From UHGV virus genome UHGV-0068847: DNA of 27,295 nucleotides; one strand, given 5' to 3'. Source of the stretch: a virus. The notes under the pieces are model-generated. The model was not told the origin of the DNA and searched no databases. It worked only from the letters and a program-made list of their open reading frames with translations. Below are positions 16,712 through 26,944 of the stretch, in pieces. How positions within the stretch are numbered: position 1 is the stretch's first letter; each line of letters begins with the position of its first letter. A program made the position numbers and the translations under genes.

Positions 16712-16957
16712 TTAACTGCAATGGCTATGACTGCAATTAATTATGGCATCAGCTTTGCTTGATGAGGATGATGGATATTTTTCGGATAAGAATTTCTGTA
16801 TGTCTTCAACAGCTTCGATGCTGACTCTAATATTTGTATGGCCATTGTTTTTTAAATAATTAACTGCTTCATCTATAAGGTTGTTTTCTGATAGAAATTT
16901 GATAACAATGGCAAAGTTATCAACGCCGGTTTCGGTTAAAAGTTCACAGTTAGGCAT
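16712..16957 (-). CDS. Cargo ORF of unknown function (81 aa) with C-terminal CSHSHCS tail
   Basis: GGAG 8 nt upstream of ATG; apparently AT-rich segment between Rz and cos; last gene of a three-ORF minus-strand cluster. Confidence 0.4.
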   Translation of the reverse strand: MPNCELLTETGVDNFAIVIKFLSENNLIDEAVNYLKNNGHTNIRVSIEAVEDIQKFLSEKYPSSSSSKADAIINCSHSHCS

Positions 16958-16962
16958 GGTTG

Positions 16963-17211
16963 TTACTCCAGTGATGTAAATGAGATTTTATTTTGGATTG
17001 TTTTTTTATCAGCGTGGGTGATATGTTTGTATGATTTTTGAGGTTGCCTAAACACAAAAGTTGTATTCAAAGTAATCGAGCTAATTAGGGTGGGCCGCTG
17101 GTTTGGTAAGGTCAGGGGATTAACTCTTATTCTATTACCTTTCTGCGTTGCCATAACCATGGGCAGACCCATCGTAATGGTAGTTTTTGAATAGGCCGCT
17201 AATGAATTCAT
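16963..17211 (-). CDS. Possible small ORF (82 aa) in cargo operon
   Basis: ATGA-coupled to the upstream ORF but no clear RBS; composition is only weakly protein-like. Confidence 0.25.
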   Translation of the reverse strand: MNSLAAYSKTTITMGLPMVMATQKGNRIRVNPLTLPNQRPTLISSITLNTTFVFRQPQKSYKHITHADKKTIQNKISFTSLE

Positions 17212-17456
17212 GGCGCATGGTTTTGGGAGGCGATTTGCAAGCAGGCATCTCGGACTTGTATCGCAAGACGAAGCCCTTCCTGAAATCTTGCTGATGCGTT
17301 GGGATCGTTTGCTGAATTTAGATAGACATTAAAAAGCTGCATGATGGTAACGCTATATGCTTGCTTAATAGCATTTTCAGTAATTGTTTCGTCCATCGAG
17401 AATCTCCTCGGTAGCATAGATGACAGGTTTACTTCCGTCTTACCATAGGTCATCAA
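17208..17456 (-). CDS. Cargo ORF of unknown function (82 aa)
   Basis: First ORF of the minus-strand cluster; TTG/ATG start pair; plausible composition. Confidence 0.35.
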   Translation of the reverse strand: MMTYGKTEVNLSSMLPRRFSMDETITENAIKQAYSVTIMQLFNVYLNSANDPNASARFQEGLRLAIQVRDACLQIASQNHAP

Positions 17457-17482
17457 TGGGATTACTTTAATAGGAAAGAAGC

Positions 17483-17767
17483 ATGAGCAAGCCGGACTGG
17501 GAGGTCATCGGGGCGGCGTACTGTGCCGGAGTGATGGCCCTCCGTGAAATTACATCGCAGCACGACATTAGTGAAGGGACAATGCAGAACCATACTAACT
17601 ACTGAGTGAGTGAAACAGACAATATCATCGGTAAGGATGATGGCAATAGCCCCCGACTTACTGACGCCGCTAAACGGGATTATTTCACCCTCAGAGAGCG
17701 AATCAGCACCATCACCGGGCAAGTGAGTTACTTACAGGATTACATCAGGCAGCAATGTTTGAAGTGA
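17483..17767 (+). pseudogene. Chimeric remnant: 40-codon HTH-like fragment, in-frame TGA, then 53-codon Rz C-terminal homolog
   Basis: 17483..17605 encodes MSKPDWEVIGAAYCAGVMALREITSQHDISEGTMQNHTNY after an AGGA RBS; 17606..17767 continues in the same frame and encodes ...[39 protein letters not shown], a divergent second copy of the Rz 3' end. Confidence 0.5.
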
Positions 17768-17801
17768 ATGGCCGCTAGACTTAGCCAGCCATTTTAAAGA
17801 G

Positions 17802-18227
17802 TTAACCAACGGTTAATGTGGAAAGCAAATGCGAAGTTTCCCCAGAGCAGTTAACAGTGGTTTCGTTGTAAGGGAATTCACCCGTATACTCGCTATTTGC
17901 AGGGGGAGTCATTTTGTTAATCAATGCAGCTTCTGCGCGCACCCGATCATCTTTTCCAGTAATAGTAGCGACGGAATAGCAGAGAGTCTCACCGACCATT
18001 AAATGTTCATTCCAGTCACCCAGCCTGTCGTGCGTGGCCACACGGGATCGGACGTTCGATGATTCGCCGATATAAATCAACTTACGAATTTCGAGTGTTG
18101 TCTTGGAGCCATTAGTAACAGCTTTGCATGCGTATACGCAGTAGATTCCTGACTGATCTGGAACGCCACTCTTATTGGCTTCACGCCAATACCCATCAAA
18201 TTGCAGATTAATTGTTTTACCAGTCAT
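17802..18227 (-). CDS. Standalone GIY-YIG nuclease-domain protein (141 aa)
   Basis: SGIYCVY ... LIYIGESSNVRSRVATH ... RVRAEAALINKMTPPAN matches the GIY / YIG / Arg / Glu...Asn motif series. Confidence 0.55.
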   Translation of the reverse strand: MTGKTINLQFDGYWREANKSGVPDQSGIYCVYACKAVTNGSKTTLEIRKLIYIGESSNVRSRVATHDRLGDWNEHLMVGETLCYSVATITGKDDRVRAEAALINKMTPPANSEYTGEFPYNETTVNCSGETSHLLSTLTVG

Positions 18228-18647
18228 TTATAGCTTCTCCTAATTACGCCAACAATAGCGCAATAGGGAAGTGGGGAGATAAATCCAAGTTACAATGAGC
18301 AATCAGTATTTCAATGACTTATGTCATGATTTTCTTATTAATTATAGAAAATATGGGGTTTTTCCATGATGACTGCCATCGTGATAGCAGGTCGCTCAGC
18401 CATTGAACGGTAGGTTGTTTGTTACACAGGCTGCCATTACAGAGGCATTCACTGAGCGCCTGAGATAATGCACAATAACTCCCCCTGTACTGAAGGAAAT
18501 GTGGAAGAGAAAAATTCCATAGGGAGCAGACTAATCTGTAGGGATTGTCTCGATATCATTAGCGCGGTCATCCGGAAAGAATGGTTGATATGTACTGATT
18601 AGTCAAAATCATGCAGAATAGTCACAGTATAAATATGCGAGGCTATC

Positions 18648-19151
18648 ATGAATTATATTTACCAATTAGTGATCTCTGTAGTAGCGGGTGGACTTGGTGC
18701 ATGGATTGCAATGTTATTTGCTTTAAAACGTTTTTATAGTGAAAAGTGGTGGGAGAAGAGAGCAGGGGCCCTTATTGAATTAACTAATGCAATTTATCAG
18801 GTAAAGGTTCTACAAGATTATTATTCTGATTTGAAAGAGTATCAACGATTAGGTCCAGATGAATATCCAAACTTTATCAAATTGAGTGCTGAGAAACTTA
18901 GTAAATTACAAATCTCAGCTGCTGAGGCAAAAGATTTAATAGTAAAATATAGCAATATCGGCCCCTTGCTGGTTACTGAATCAGTATCAAAACTTCTAAC
19001 TGATTATTTGAAACGAGAAGATAAGGTTGACTATGAAGTTAATTTTCAGGGGTTAGATACAGATGATGCTGAAGAACATCTCTTATCGTTGACAAATAAA
19101 CTTCTGGAAGATTTAGTTAAAGAATCAAAAAGCGTTCTTAAAGCAAAGTAA
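18648..19151 (+). CDS. Membrane-anchored protein of unknown function (N-terminal TM plus helical domain)
   Basis: N-terminal hydrophobic helix LVISVVAGGLGAWIAMLFAL; GAGG RBS; TATAAAT -10-like element about 20 nt upstream; coding region looks strongly AT-rich. Confidence 0.5.
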   Translation: MNYIYQLVISVVAGGLGAWIAMLFALKRFYSEKWWEKRAGALIELTNAIYQVKVLQDYYSDLKEYQRLGPDEYPNFIKLSAEKLSKLQISAAEAKDLIVKYSNIGPLLVTESVSKLLTDYLKREDKVDYEVNFQGLDTDDAEEHLLSLTNKLLEDLVKESKSVLKAK

Positions 19152-19289
19152 TCTAGAAGAAAACCTAAGGGCACTAAATGTGATGTGCCCATTTAATTGT
19201 GCATACGCTAAGAGAATCATTATAGGGATAGCTTATAAATCGAATTGTGAAATTGATATTTATTATCGTTTGCGGGTCCTTTCCAGCGA

Positions 19290-19480
19290 TCCGCTCCGTT
19301 ACGGGGCGGCGACCGCGCAGATTCTCGCTATTTATGAAAATTTTCAGGCATTTGCCGTTTCCGTTCTTCTTCTCGCTAATTCATTGTTTTAACTGTAAAC
19401 ACCCCCTGAAAAGAAAGGAAATGATAAGCCTTAAAAACGGCTAAATAGCCAGAGGGCGTTTCCTTTCTCTGTTTTTGTGC
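19290..19480. other. cos site (cosN plus cosB) of lambda-type packaging
   Basis: GGGCGGCGACCG at ~19304-19315 against lambda cosN GGGCGGCGACCT; downstream CTCGCTATTTATGAAAATTTTC and TTTCCGTTCTTCTTC closely match lambda cosB; directly upstream of Nu1. Confidence 0.8.
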
Positions 19481-19492
19481 ATGGAGTGAGCT

Positions 19493-20038
19493 ATGGAGGT
19501 CAACAAAAAGCGTCTTTCTGAAATATTTGGGGTCAGCGTGCGAACCATTCAGAACTGGCAGGATCAGGGAATGCCTGTAGCACGTGGCGGCGGAAAAGGT
19601 AATGAGGTCCTCTATGAATCTTCCGCGGCTATTGAATGGTATTCCGCACGCGACGCGGCGATTGAGAATGAGAAATTACGGAAGGAGGTGGAAGACCTTC
19701 GTCTTGCATCGGAATCCGACCTTCAGCCTGGTACGATTGACTATGAGCGTCATCGCCTCACCCGGGCACAGGCTGACGCCCAGGAACTAAAAAATGCAAA
19801 AGATTCCGCTGAGGTGGTGGAAACCGCATTCTGCACGTTCGTGCTGTCGCGGATGGCCGGAGAAGTAGCCAGCATTCTTGATGGAGTTGCTCTGTCTGTT
19901 CAGCGGCGCTTCCCGGAGCTGGAAAACCGACATATTGATTTCCTCAAGAAGGACATCATTAAAGCCATGAACAAAGCAGCTGCGCTGGATGAAATAATAC
20001 CGGGGTTGCTGAGTGAATATATCGAACAGTCAGGTTAA
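19493..20038 (+). CDS. nu1: Terminase small subunit
   Basis: Near-identical to lambda Nu1 over its length (MEVNKK...EYIEQSG). Confidence 0.95.
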   Translation: MEVNKKRLSEIFGVSVRTIQNWQDQGMPVARGGGKGNEVLYESSAAIEWYSARDAAIENEKLRKEVEDLRLASESDLQPGTIDYERHRLTRAQADAQELKNAKDSAEVVETAFCTFVLSRMAGEVASILDGVALSVQRRFPELENRHIDFLKKDIIKAMNKAAALDEIIPGLLSEYIEQSG

Positions 20039-21935
20039 GGGGCTGCAGCACTCTGCGCGCGCGGGTCTACTTTCGCTGTACCGACCTGAGCCGCAAACGG
20101 CGGTTGAATGGGCAGACGATAATTACTATCTCCCCAAAGAGTCGGCCTACCAGGAAGGGCGCTGGGAAACATTGCCATTTCAGCGCGCGATCATGAATGC
20201 GATGGGTAACGACTACATTCGTGAAGTTAACGTTGTTAAGTCTGCCCGTGTTGGCTATTCAAAAATGTTGCTGGGTGTTTATGCGTATTTTATACAGCAC
20301 AAGCAGCGAAATTCCCTTATCTGGCTGCCCACGGATGGTGACGCCGAAAACTTCATGAAGTCGCATGTTGAACCCACGATCCGTGATATTCCGTCACTTC
20401 TGGCGCTGGCCCCCTGGTATGGCAAAAAGCACCGGGACAATACGCTCAGTATGAAACGCTTCTCCAACGGTCGCGGGTTCTGGTGTCTGGGGGGTAAGGC
20501 GGCGAAAAACTATCGCGAAAAGTCAGTGGATGTTGCCGGCTATGACGAACTCGCTGCTTTTGATGAGGATATTGAGAAAGAGGGTTCCCCGACGTTTCTG
20601 GGTGATAAACGTATTGAGGGCTCTGTCTGGCCTAAATCTATTCGTGGCTCAACGCCAAAAACAAAGGGGACCTGCCAGATTGAGCGTGCTGCCAGCGAGT
20701 CCGGGCATTTCATGCGCTTTCATGTTGCCTGTCCGCACTGTGGTGAAGAGCAGTACCTTAAGTTCGGCGACAAAGAAACCCCGTTCGGGTTCAAATGGAC
20801 ACCGGGCGAACCCTCCAGCGTCTTTTACCTGTGTGAACATAATGCCTGCGTCATTAAGCAGCAGGAGCTGGATTTCACTGAAGCTCGTTACATCTGCGAC
20901 ACCACCGGGATCTGGACGCGCGATGGTTTATCCTGGTTTTCATCAACAGGCACAGAAATCGACCCGCCGGACAGCGTGACGTTTCACATCTGGACGGCAT
21001 ACAGCCCATTTACCACCTGGGTACAGATCGTCAAAGACTGGCTAAAAACGAAAGGGGATACCGGAAAGCGTAAAACCTTCGTGAACACTACGCTGGGCGA
21101 AACATGGGAGCCTAAAATTGGTGAACGGCCTGACGCGGAGCTCATGGCCGAACGCAAAGAGTTTTTCGGGGCATCCGTACCGGATCGTGTTGCTTATCTG
21201 ACAGCCGGGATTGACTCCCAGCTGGATCGATATGAAATGCGCGTCTGGGGATGGGGACCCGGAGAGGAAAGCTGGCTGATTGACCGGCAAATCATTATGG
21301 GCCGTCATGATGATGAAGCGACCCTCGTCAGGGTGGACGAGGCGATTAACAAAACCTACTCCCGAAAGAATGGCGTGGAAATGTCGGTATCCCGTATCTG
21401 CTGGGATATCGGCGGTATTGACCCGACCATTGTCTACAATCGCTCAAAAAAGCATGGCCTGTTTCGCGTGATCCCGATTAAAGGGGCTTCCGTTTACGGT
21501 AAGCCCGTCGCGAATATGCCGCGTAAACGCAACAAGAACGGCGTTTATCTGACGGAAGTGGGGACTGATACCGCAAAGGAGCAGATTTATAACCGCTTCA
21601 CACTTCAGCCGGAAGGGAGTGAACCTCTTGCCGGAGCCGTGCATTTTCCCAATAACCCCGAAATTTACGATCTGGCTGAGGCTCAGCAACTGACTGCTGA
21701 GGAGCAGGTTGAAAAATGGGTGGACGGGCGTAAGAAAATCGTCTGGGACAGCAAAAAGCGACGAAATGAAGCGCTGGACTGCTTCGTTTATGCGCTGGCG
21801 GCCCTGCGGATCAGTATTTCGCGATGGCAACTGAATCTTGATTCACTGCTCGCGAGCCTGCAGGAGGAAGAGGGGAGCCGGACCAATAACAAAACCCTGG
21901 CTGATTATGCCCGGGCATTATCTGGAGATGAATAA
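20013..21935 (+). CDS. A: Terminase large subunit
   Basis: Close match to lambda gpA; GTG start overlapping the Nu1 3' end as in lambda. Confidence 0.95.
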   Translation: MNISNSQVKGLQHSARAGLLSLYRPEPQTAVEWADDNYYLPKESAYQEGRWETLPFQRAIMNAMGNDYIREVNVVKSARVGYSKMLLGVYAYFIQHKQRNSLIWLPTDGDAENFMKSHVEPTIRDIPSLLALAPWYGKKHRDNTLSMKRFSNGRGFWCLGGKAAKNYREKSVDVAGYDELAAFDEDIEKEGSPTFLGDKRIEGSVWPKSIRGSTPKTKGTCQIERAASESGHFMRFHVACPHCGEEQYLKFGDKETPFGFKWTPGEPSSVFYLCEHNACVIKQQELDFTEARYICDTTGIWTRDGLSWFSSTGTEIDPPDSVTFHIWTAYSPFTTWVQIVKDWLKTKGDTGKRKTFVNTTLGETWEPKIGERPDAELMAERKEFFGASVPDRVAYLTAGIDSQLDRYEMRVWGWGPGEESWLIDRQIIMGRHDDEATLVRVDEAINKTYSRKNGVEMSVSRICWDIGGIDPTIVYNRSKKHGLFRVIPIKGASVYGKPVANMPRKRNKNGVYLTEVGTDTAKEQIYNRFTLQPEGSEPLAGAVHFPNNPEIYDLAEAQQLTAEEQVEKWVDGRKKIVWDSKKRRNEALDCFVYALAALRISISRWQLNLDSLLASLQEEEGSRTNNKTLADYARALSGDE

Positions 21936-22141
21936 TGGCGACACAGACTGATCTGGATGCCGCCCGCGCTGCGTTGCATGACCTCATGATGGGAAAGCGG
22001 GTGGCAACGGTGCAGAAAGACGGCCGGCGGGTTGAGTTCACTGCGACTTCAGTCAGTGACCTGAAGAAATACATTGCCGAACTTGAGTCACAGGTTGGCA
22101 CCACTCCACGACGCCGGGGACCGGCAGGATTTTACGCATGA
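21935..22141 (+). CDS. W: Head completion protein W
   Basis: Close match to lambda W ([42 protein letters not shown]). Confidence 0.9.
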   Translation: MATQTDLDAARAALHDLMMGKRVATVQKDGRRVEFTATSVSDLKKYIAELESQVGTTPRRRGPAGFYA

Positions 22142-23730
22142 AAACACCTGCTTTGTTAGGACCGGACGGTAAAACCGCTCTGCGGGATTATGCCGGATAT
22201 CATGGCGGTGCTGGTGGCTTTGGCGGTCAGCTCCGCGCCTGGAACCCACCGAGTGAAAGCGCAGATGCTGCGTTATTGCCTAATTTTTCCCGTGGTAACG
22301 CGCGCGCTGACGATCTGGTCCGCAATAACGGCTATGCGGCAAACGCGGTACAGCTCCACCAGGATCACATTGTCGGGTCGTTTTTCCGACTCAGTTATCG
22401 GCCCAGCTGGCGTTTTCTGGGCATTGGGGAGGAAGAGGCCCGGGCGTTCTCCCGTGAAGTTGAGGCGGCCTGGAAAGAATTTGCGGAGGACGATTGCTGC
22501 TGCATTGATGCGGAACGTAAGCGTACATTCACCATGATGATCCGTGAAGGTGTTTCCATGCATGCGTTTAACGGTGAGTTATGTGCACAGGCCACCTGGG
22601 ACAGTGATTCCACGCGTCTTTTCCGCACACAGTTCAAAATGGTGAGCCCAAAACGCATCAGCAACCCCAATAACGCCGGAGACACGCGAAACTGTCGGGC
22701 AGGTGTCAGAACAAATGACAGTGGCGCCGCGCTGGGATATTACGTCAGCGAGGATGGCTATCCGGGGTGGATGGCGCAGAAGTGGACCTATATTCCGCGT
22801 GAACTGCCCGGCGGGCGGCCTTCCTTTATCCACGTATTTGAACCCCTGGAAGATGGGCAGACACGCGGTGCCAACGTGTTTTACAGCGTCATGGAGCAAA
22901 TGAAAATGCTCGATACGCTGCAGAATACGCAGCTCCAGAGCGCGATTGTCAAGGCGATGTATGCCGCCACGATTGAAAGTGAGCTGGATACGCAAACCGC
23001 GATGGACTTTATTCTTGGCTCAGACAGTAAAGAGCAGCAAAGCAAGATGACCGGCTGGCTGGGGGAGATGGCCTCGTACTATACCGCGGCGCCGGTTCGT
23101 CTCGGCGGCGCGAAGGTGCCGCATCTGATGCCGGGCGACTCCCTGAATCTTCAGTCAGCGCAGGATACTGATAACGGCTATTCGACGTTTGAACAATCAT
23201 TGCTGCGCTACATTGCTGCAGGGCTGGGTGTGTCATATGAGCAACTCTCTCGCAACTATTCGCAGATGAGTTATTCCACCGCCCGCGCCAGTGCTAACGA
23301 GTCCTGGGCGTACTTTATGGGGCGTCGCAAATTTGTTGCCTCCCGCCAGGCCTGTCAGATGTTTTTATGCTGGCTGGAAGAGGCCATTGTTCGCCGGGTA
23401 GTGACATTACCGTCTAAAGCCCGGTTCAGTTTTCAGGAGGCGAGAAGCGCCTGGGGAAATGCTGACTGGATCGGCTCCGGGCGAATGGCCATTGACGGAC
23501 TGAAGGAGGTGCAGGAGGCCGTCATGCTCATTGAGGCGGGGCTGAGCACCTATGAGAAGGAATGCGCCAAACGCGGGGAAGACTATCAGGAAATCTTTGC
23601 CCAGCAGGTTCGTGAAACGATGGAGCGCCGCGCTGCGGGACTTAAACCGCCAGCGTGGGCGGCTTCGGCCTTTGAGTCTGGACTGAAAAAATCGAATGAG
23701 GAGGGGACCGATGACGCCAGAGCTGCGTAA
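22138..23730 (+). CDS. B: Portal protein
   Basis: Close match to lambda gpB along the whole length. Confidence 0.95.
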   Translation: MKTPALLGPDGKTALRDYAGYHGGAGGFGGQLRAWNPPSESADAALLPNFSRGNARADDLVRNNGYAANAVQLHQDHIVGSFFRLSYRPSWRFLGIGEEEARAFSREVEAAWKEFAEDDCCCIDAERKRTFTMMIREGVSMHAFNGELCAQATWDSDSTRLFRTQFKMVSPKRISNPNNAGDTRNCRAGVRTNDSGAALGYYVSEDGYPGWMAQKWTYIPRELPGGRPSFIHVFEPLEDGQTRGANVFYSVMEQMKMLDTLQNTQLQSAIVKAMYAATIESELDTQTAMDFILGSDSKEQQSKMTGWLGEMASYYTAAPVRLGGAKVPHLMPGDSLNLQSAQDTDNGYSTFEQSLLRYIAAGLGVSYEQLSRNYSQMSYSTARASANESWAYFMGRRKFVASRQACQMFLCWLEEAIVRRVVTLPSKARFSFQEARSAWGNADWIGSGRMAIDGLKEVQEAVMLIEAGLSTYEKECAKRGEDYQEIFAQQVRETMERRAAGLKPPAWAASAFESGLKKSNEEGTDDARAA

Positions 23731-25048
23731 TCTCCCGCACATTGCCAGTATGGCTTTCAATGAGCCGCTTTTACTTGAACCCGCCTATGCGCGGGTTTTC
23801 TTTTGCGCGCTCGCTGGCCAGTTAGGTATCACCCGTCTGACCGACACCGTGTCGGGCGTTACGCTTGGCGCAGAGCAGATGGCTGAACCGCTGGCACTCT
23901 TTGGTGATGATGAGGAAATGGGGCCAAAGCCGGCGCGAAGCTACCAGATCACTGATGGTATCGCAGTGCTGCCTGTTTCCGGGACGCTGGTCAGTAAAAC
24001 CCGCTCACTCCAGCCGTATTCGGGGATGACGGGGTACAACGGCATCATCGCGCGCCTCCAGCAGGCCATCAGTGACCCGGGTGTAGACGGCATTCTTCTG
24101 GATATGGATACGCCAGGTGGAATGGTGGCGGGTGCCTTTGACTGTGCGGACATCATCGCCCGCATGCGGGATATCAAACCCATATGGGCGTTAGCCAACG
24201 ATATGAACTGCAGCGCTGGCCAGCTGATTGCCAGTGCGGCATCGCGTCGGCTTGTGACGCAGACGGCCAGAACTGGATCCATCGGGGTCATGATGGCCCA
24301 CAGCAATTACGGCGCCGCCCTTAAAACCAGCGGCGTTGAGGTCACGTTGATTTACAGCGGCGATCACAAGGTGGACGGGAACCCCTACGAGAAATTACCC
24401 AAAGAGGTACGTGCAGATTTTCAGGCGCGTATCGACGCTACCCGGCAGATGTTCGCTGAAAAGGTGGCGGGTTATACCGGCATGTCGGTTCAGGCCGTTC
24501 TTGATACTGAAGCCGCTGTGTTTTCAGGCCAGGAATCAGTAGACAACGGCCTGGCGGAGCAGCTGGTCAACAACATGGATGCGCTGAACGTTATGCGCGA
24601 TGCAATTAACAAACGAACGATGATTTCCCGAGGAGGAAGCATGAAAGGTACTACTGCATCCGCAGATACCACTCAACCAGCAGCATCTGCTGACCAGACC
24701 GTGACCACCGTTGACGTGCCTGCTGCGGTCGTTACTGACCCTGCAGCGGGTGCAACTGTTGATATCAGCAGCCAGCTGGCAGCGGCGGTCGCAGCCGAAA
24801 ACGGTCGCATTATGGGGATCCTGAACTGTGAAGAGGCGAAAGGGCGTGAATCACAGGCGCGCGCGCTGGCGGAAACGCCAGGGATGACGGTGGAAAGTGC
24901 CCAGCGCATCCTTGCCGCGGCTCCTCAGAGTGCCCAGGCGCGTACGGATACCGCGCTGGATCGTCTGATGGAAACCGCACCCGGCACCGTAACGGCAGGT
25001 AGCGCTTCTGCCGAAGCGGGTGACGATTTGTTAAATACGCCTGTTTAA
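23711..25048 (+). CDS. C: Prohead protease / head protein C
   Basis: [20 protein letters not shown] matches the lambda gpC N-terminus; GAGGAGGGG RBS; ORF track begins at 23696. Confidence 0.9.
   Translation: MTPELRNLPHIASMAFNEPLLLEPAYARVFFCALAGQLGITRLTDTVSGVTLGAEQMAEPLALFGDDEEMGPKPARSYQITDGIAVLPVSGTLVSKTRSLQPYSGMTGYNGIIARLQQAISDPGVDGILLDMDTPGGMVAGAFDCADIIARMRDIKPIWALANDMNCSAGQLIASAASRRLVTQTARTGSIGVMMAHSNYGAALKTSGVEVTLIYSGDHKVDGNPYEKLPKEVRADFQARIDATRQMFAEKVAGYTGMSVQAVLDTEAAVFSGQESVDNGLAEQLVNNMDALNVMRDAINKRTMISRGGSMKGTTASADTTQPAASADQTVTTVDVPAAVVTDPAAGATVDISSQLAAAVAAENGRIMGILNCEEAKGRESQARALAETPGMTVESAQRILAAAPQSAQARTDTALDRLMETAPGTVTAGSASAEAGDDLLNTPV
24641..25048 (+). CDS. nu3: Scaffold protein Nu3 from an in-frame internal start within C
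   Basis: Internal ATG at 24641 in the C frame preceded by GGAGGAAGC; C-terminal region matches lambda Nu3. Confidence 0.6.
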   Translation: MKGTTASADTTQPAASADQTVTTVDVPAAVVTDPAAGATVDISSQLAAAVAAENGRIMGILNCEEAKGRESQARALAETPGMTVESAQRILAAAPQSAQARTDTALDRLMETAPGTVTAGSASAEAGDDLLNTPV

Positions 25049-25057
25049 GAGGTCAAT

Positions 25058-25390
25058 ATGTCTAACACTGAACAATTTACGCACAATCAGCCCCTCGGGA
25101 ACAGTGATCCGGCGCATACCGGTTTTGCACCTGGTGAACTGACGAAAGCAGTACCGGCGATGACGCCTCTGATGCTGGATGCCACTTCCGGCAAGCTGAC
25201 CGTCTGGGATGGCCAGCATGCTGGGGCTGCCTGTGGCGTTCTGGCGGTGTCTGCCGACCAGAGCAGCACTGAGCTGGCATTCTATAAGTCCGGCTCTTTC
25301 CGTATTGAAGATGTGCTCTGGCCGGATGCGGTGACGGATGAACACATCAAACGCAACGCATTCGCAGGTACAGCCATCAGTATCGTCTGA
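25058..25390 (+). CDS. D: Head decoration protein
   Basis: Close match to lambda gpD. Confidence 0.9.
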   Translation: MSNTEQFTHNQPLGNSDPAHTGFAPGELTKAVPAMTPLMLDATSGKLTVWDGQHAGAACGVLAVSADQSSTELAFYKSGSFRIEDVLWPDAVTDEHIKRNAFAGTAISIV

Positions 25391-25457
25391 CATCCGACTT
25401 AATACTAACCATCATCCACAGAAGCCGCCATCGCGGCTTTTTTTACAGGAAACATCT

Positions 25458-26483
25458 ATGTCAATTTACACAACGGCCCAACTGCTGGCGGTCAATGAGA
25501 AGAAATTCAAGTTCGATCCGCTTTTCCTGCGTATCTTCTTCCGTGAAAGCTACCCTTTCAGCACTGAGAAGGTGTATCTGTCGCAAATTCCGGGCATGGT
25601 CAACATGGCGCTGTACGTCTCGCCTGTTATTTCCGGCAAGGTTATCCGCTCCCGCGGCGGCGCAACGTCAGAGTTTACGCCGGGTTACGTCAAGCCCAAG
25701 CACGAGGTAAACCCGCAGATGACGCTGCGCCGCCTGCCGGATGAAGACCCGCAAAATCTGGCTGACCCGGCCTACCGCCGCCGTCGCATTATCCTGCAGA
25801 ACATGAAGGATGAAGAACTGGCGATTGCTCAGGTGGAAGAGAAACAGGCTGTGGCTGCTGTTCTCAACGGTAAATACACCATGACCGGCGAAGCGTTTGA
25901 ACCGGTTGAGGTGGATATGGGACGCAGTGCCGGAAACAACATCATCCAGGCAGGTGCTGCGGCATGGAGCACCCGCGACAAAGAAACCTATGATCCCACT
26001 GACGATATTGAAACCTATGCGCTGAACGCCAGCGGCGTGGTCAATATTATCGTCTTTGATCCGAAGGGCTGGGCGTTGTTCCGTTCATTCAAAGCGGTAA
26101 AAGAGAAGCTCGACACCCGTCGCGGTTCTAACTCTGAACTGGAAACGGCGCTGAAGGATCTGGGTGAAGCGGTCTCCTATAAGGGAATGTATGGCGATGT
26201 GGCCATTGTCGTTTACTCCGGGCAATACATTGAAGACGACACCAAAAAGAACTACCTGCCGGATTTGAGCATGGTGCTGGGTAATACCCAGGCGCGCGGT
26301 TTGCGCACCTACGGCTGCATTCAGGATGTTGATGCCCAGCGTGAAGGCATTAACGCTTCCACGCGTTATCCGAAAAACTGGGTACAGACAGGCGATCCGG
26401 CGCGTGAGTTCACCATGATCCAGTCTGCACCACTGATGCTGCTGGCTGACCCGGATGCGTTCGTGTCTGTCAAACTCGCCTGA
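25458..26483 (+). CDS. E: Major capsid protein
   Basis: MSIYTTAQLLA... closely matches lambda gpE; ORF track start 25338 is an upstream in-frame extension. Confidence 0.95.
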   Translation: MSIYTTAQLLAVNEKKFKFDPLFLRIFFRESYPFSTEKVYLSQIPGMVNMALYVSPVISGKVIRSRGGATSEFTPGYVKPKHEVNPQMTLRRLPDEDPQNLADPAYRRRRIILQNMKDEELAIAQVEEKQAVAAVLNGKYTMTGEAFEPVEVDMGRSAGNNIIQAGAAAWSTRDKETYDPTDDIETYALNASGVVNIIVFDPKGWALFRSFKAVKEKLDTRRGSNSELETALKDLGEAVSYKGMYGDVAIVVYSGQYIEDDTKKNYLPDLSMVLGNTQARGLRTYGCIQDVDAQREGINASTRYPKNWVQTGDPAREFTMIQSAPLMLLADPDAFVSVKLA

Positions 26484-26528
26484 TGTCCATTCTGTGGCCC
26501 TGCGGGGCCCTGTTCCGGAGTTGTTCTT

Positions 26529-26933
26529 ATGACAGAAAAAGAAAAGTTGATTGCGCGGCTTAATGAGCTTGGCGCGCAGCTTGGTCGGGAAGTGAATACC
26601 AGTGGCACCATTCAGGAGCTCTCTATGCGCATTGCAGAGCTGGAGGAAGAACTGAATGACGGCACTGATACCGATAGTGTTGAAAATGGTGGCGTAAGTG
26701 ATGGTAGTGCATCCACCGGCGCCGCAGAACCCGTGCCGCCAGTGGATACTGTGTTAAGCGGCAGAACAGATAGCGCGCTGATGGCCGTCGAAACGCTGGC
26801 CACGCTGCACATTGAGGCGCTGCACGCGACCCGCGATGAACGGGTATCTATTGTGGAAGCGGGGACCGTGATCCGCGTGACACAAGCGGATGCGGACAGC
26901 CTGGTTGCACTCGGACTGGTCCGCGAGTACTAG
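26529..26933 (+). CDS. FI: DNA packaging / head assembly protein FI
   Basis: Matches lambda FI in its conserved N- and C-terminal segments. Confidence 0.8.
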   Translation: MTEKEKLIARLNELGAQLGREVNTSGTIQELSMRIAELEEELNDGTDTDSVENGGVSDGSASTGAAEPVPPVDTVLSGRTDSALMAVETLATLHIEALHATRDERVSIVEAGTVIRVTQADADSLVALGLVREY

Positions 26934-26944
26934 CAGGGGGCTGT

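Noticed and set aside
17462-17722. Minus-strand ORF 17462..17722 (86 aa)
   Set aside because: TTG start, overlaps the plus-strand chimeric remnant that has an RBS and Rz homology; likely a chance frame.
18228-18647. Small ORFs in the GIY-YIG / membrane-protein intergenic region
   Set aside because: 15-20 codon frames with no RBS; region more likely holds divergent promoters; an ATGAC...GTCAT inverted repeat near 18345-18360 was noted but is too short to call.
19180-19444. ORFs 19180..19392 and 19247..19444
   Set aside because: They run across cosN/cosB, whose sequence matches lambda's non-coding cos region.
20279-23760. Numerous short ORFs on both strands inside the terminase and portal genes
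   Set aside because: All lie within genes that match lambda A and B along their full length; they are alternative-frame artefacts.
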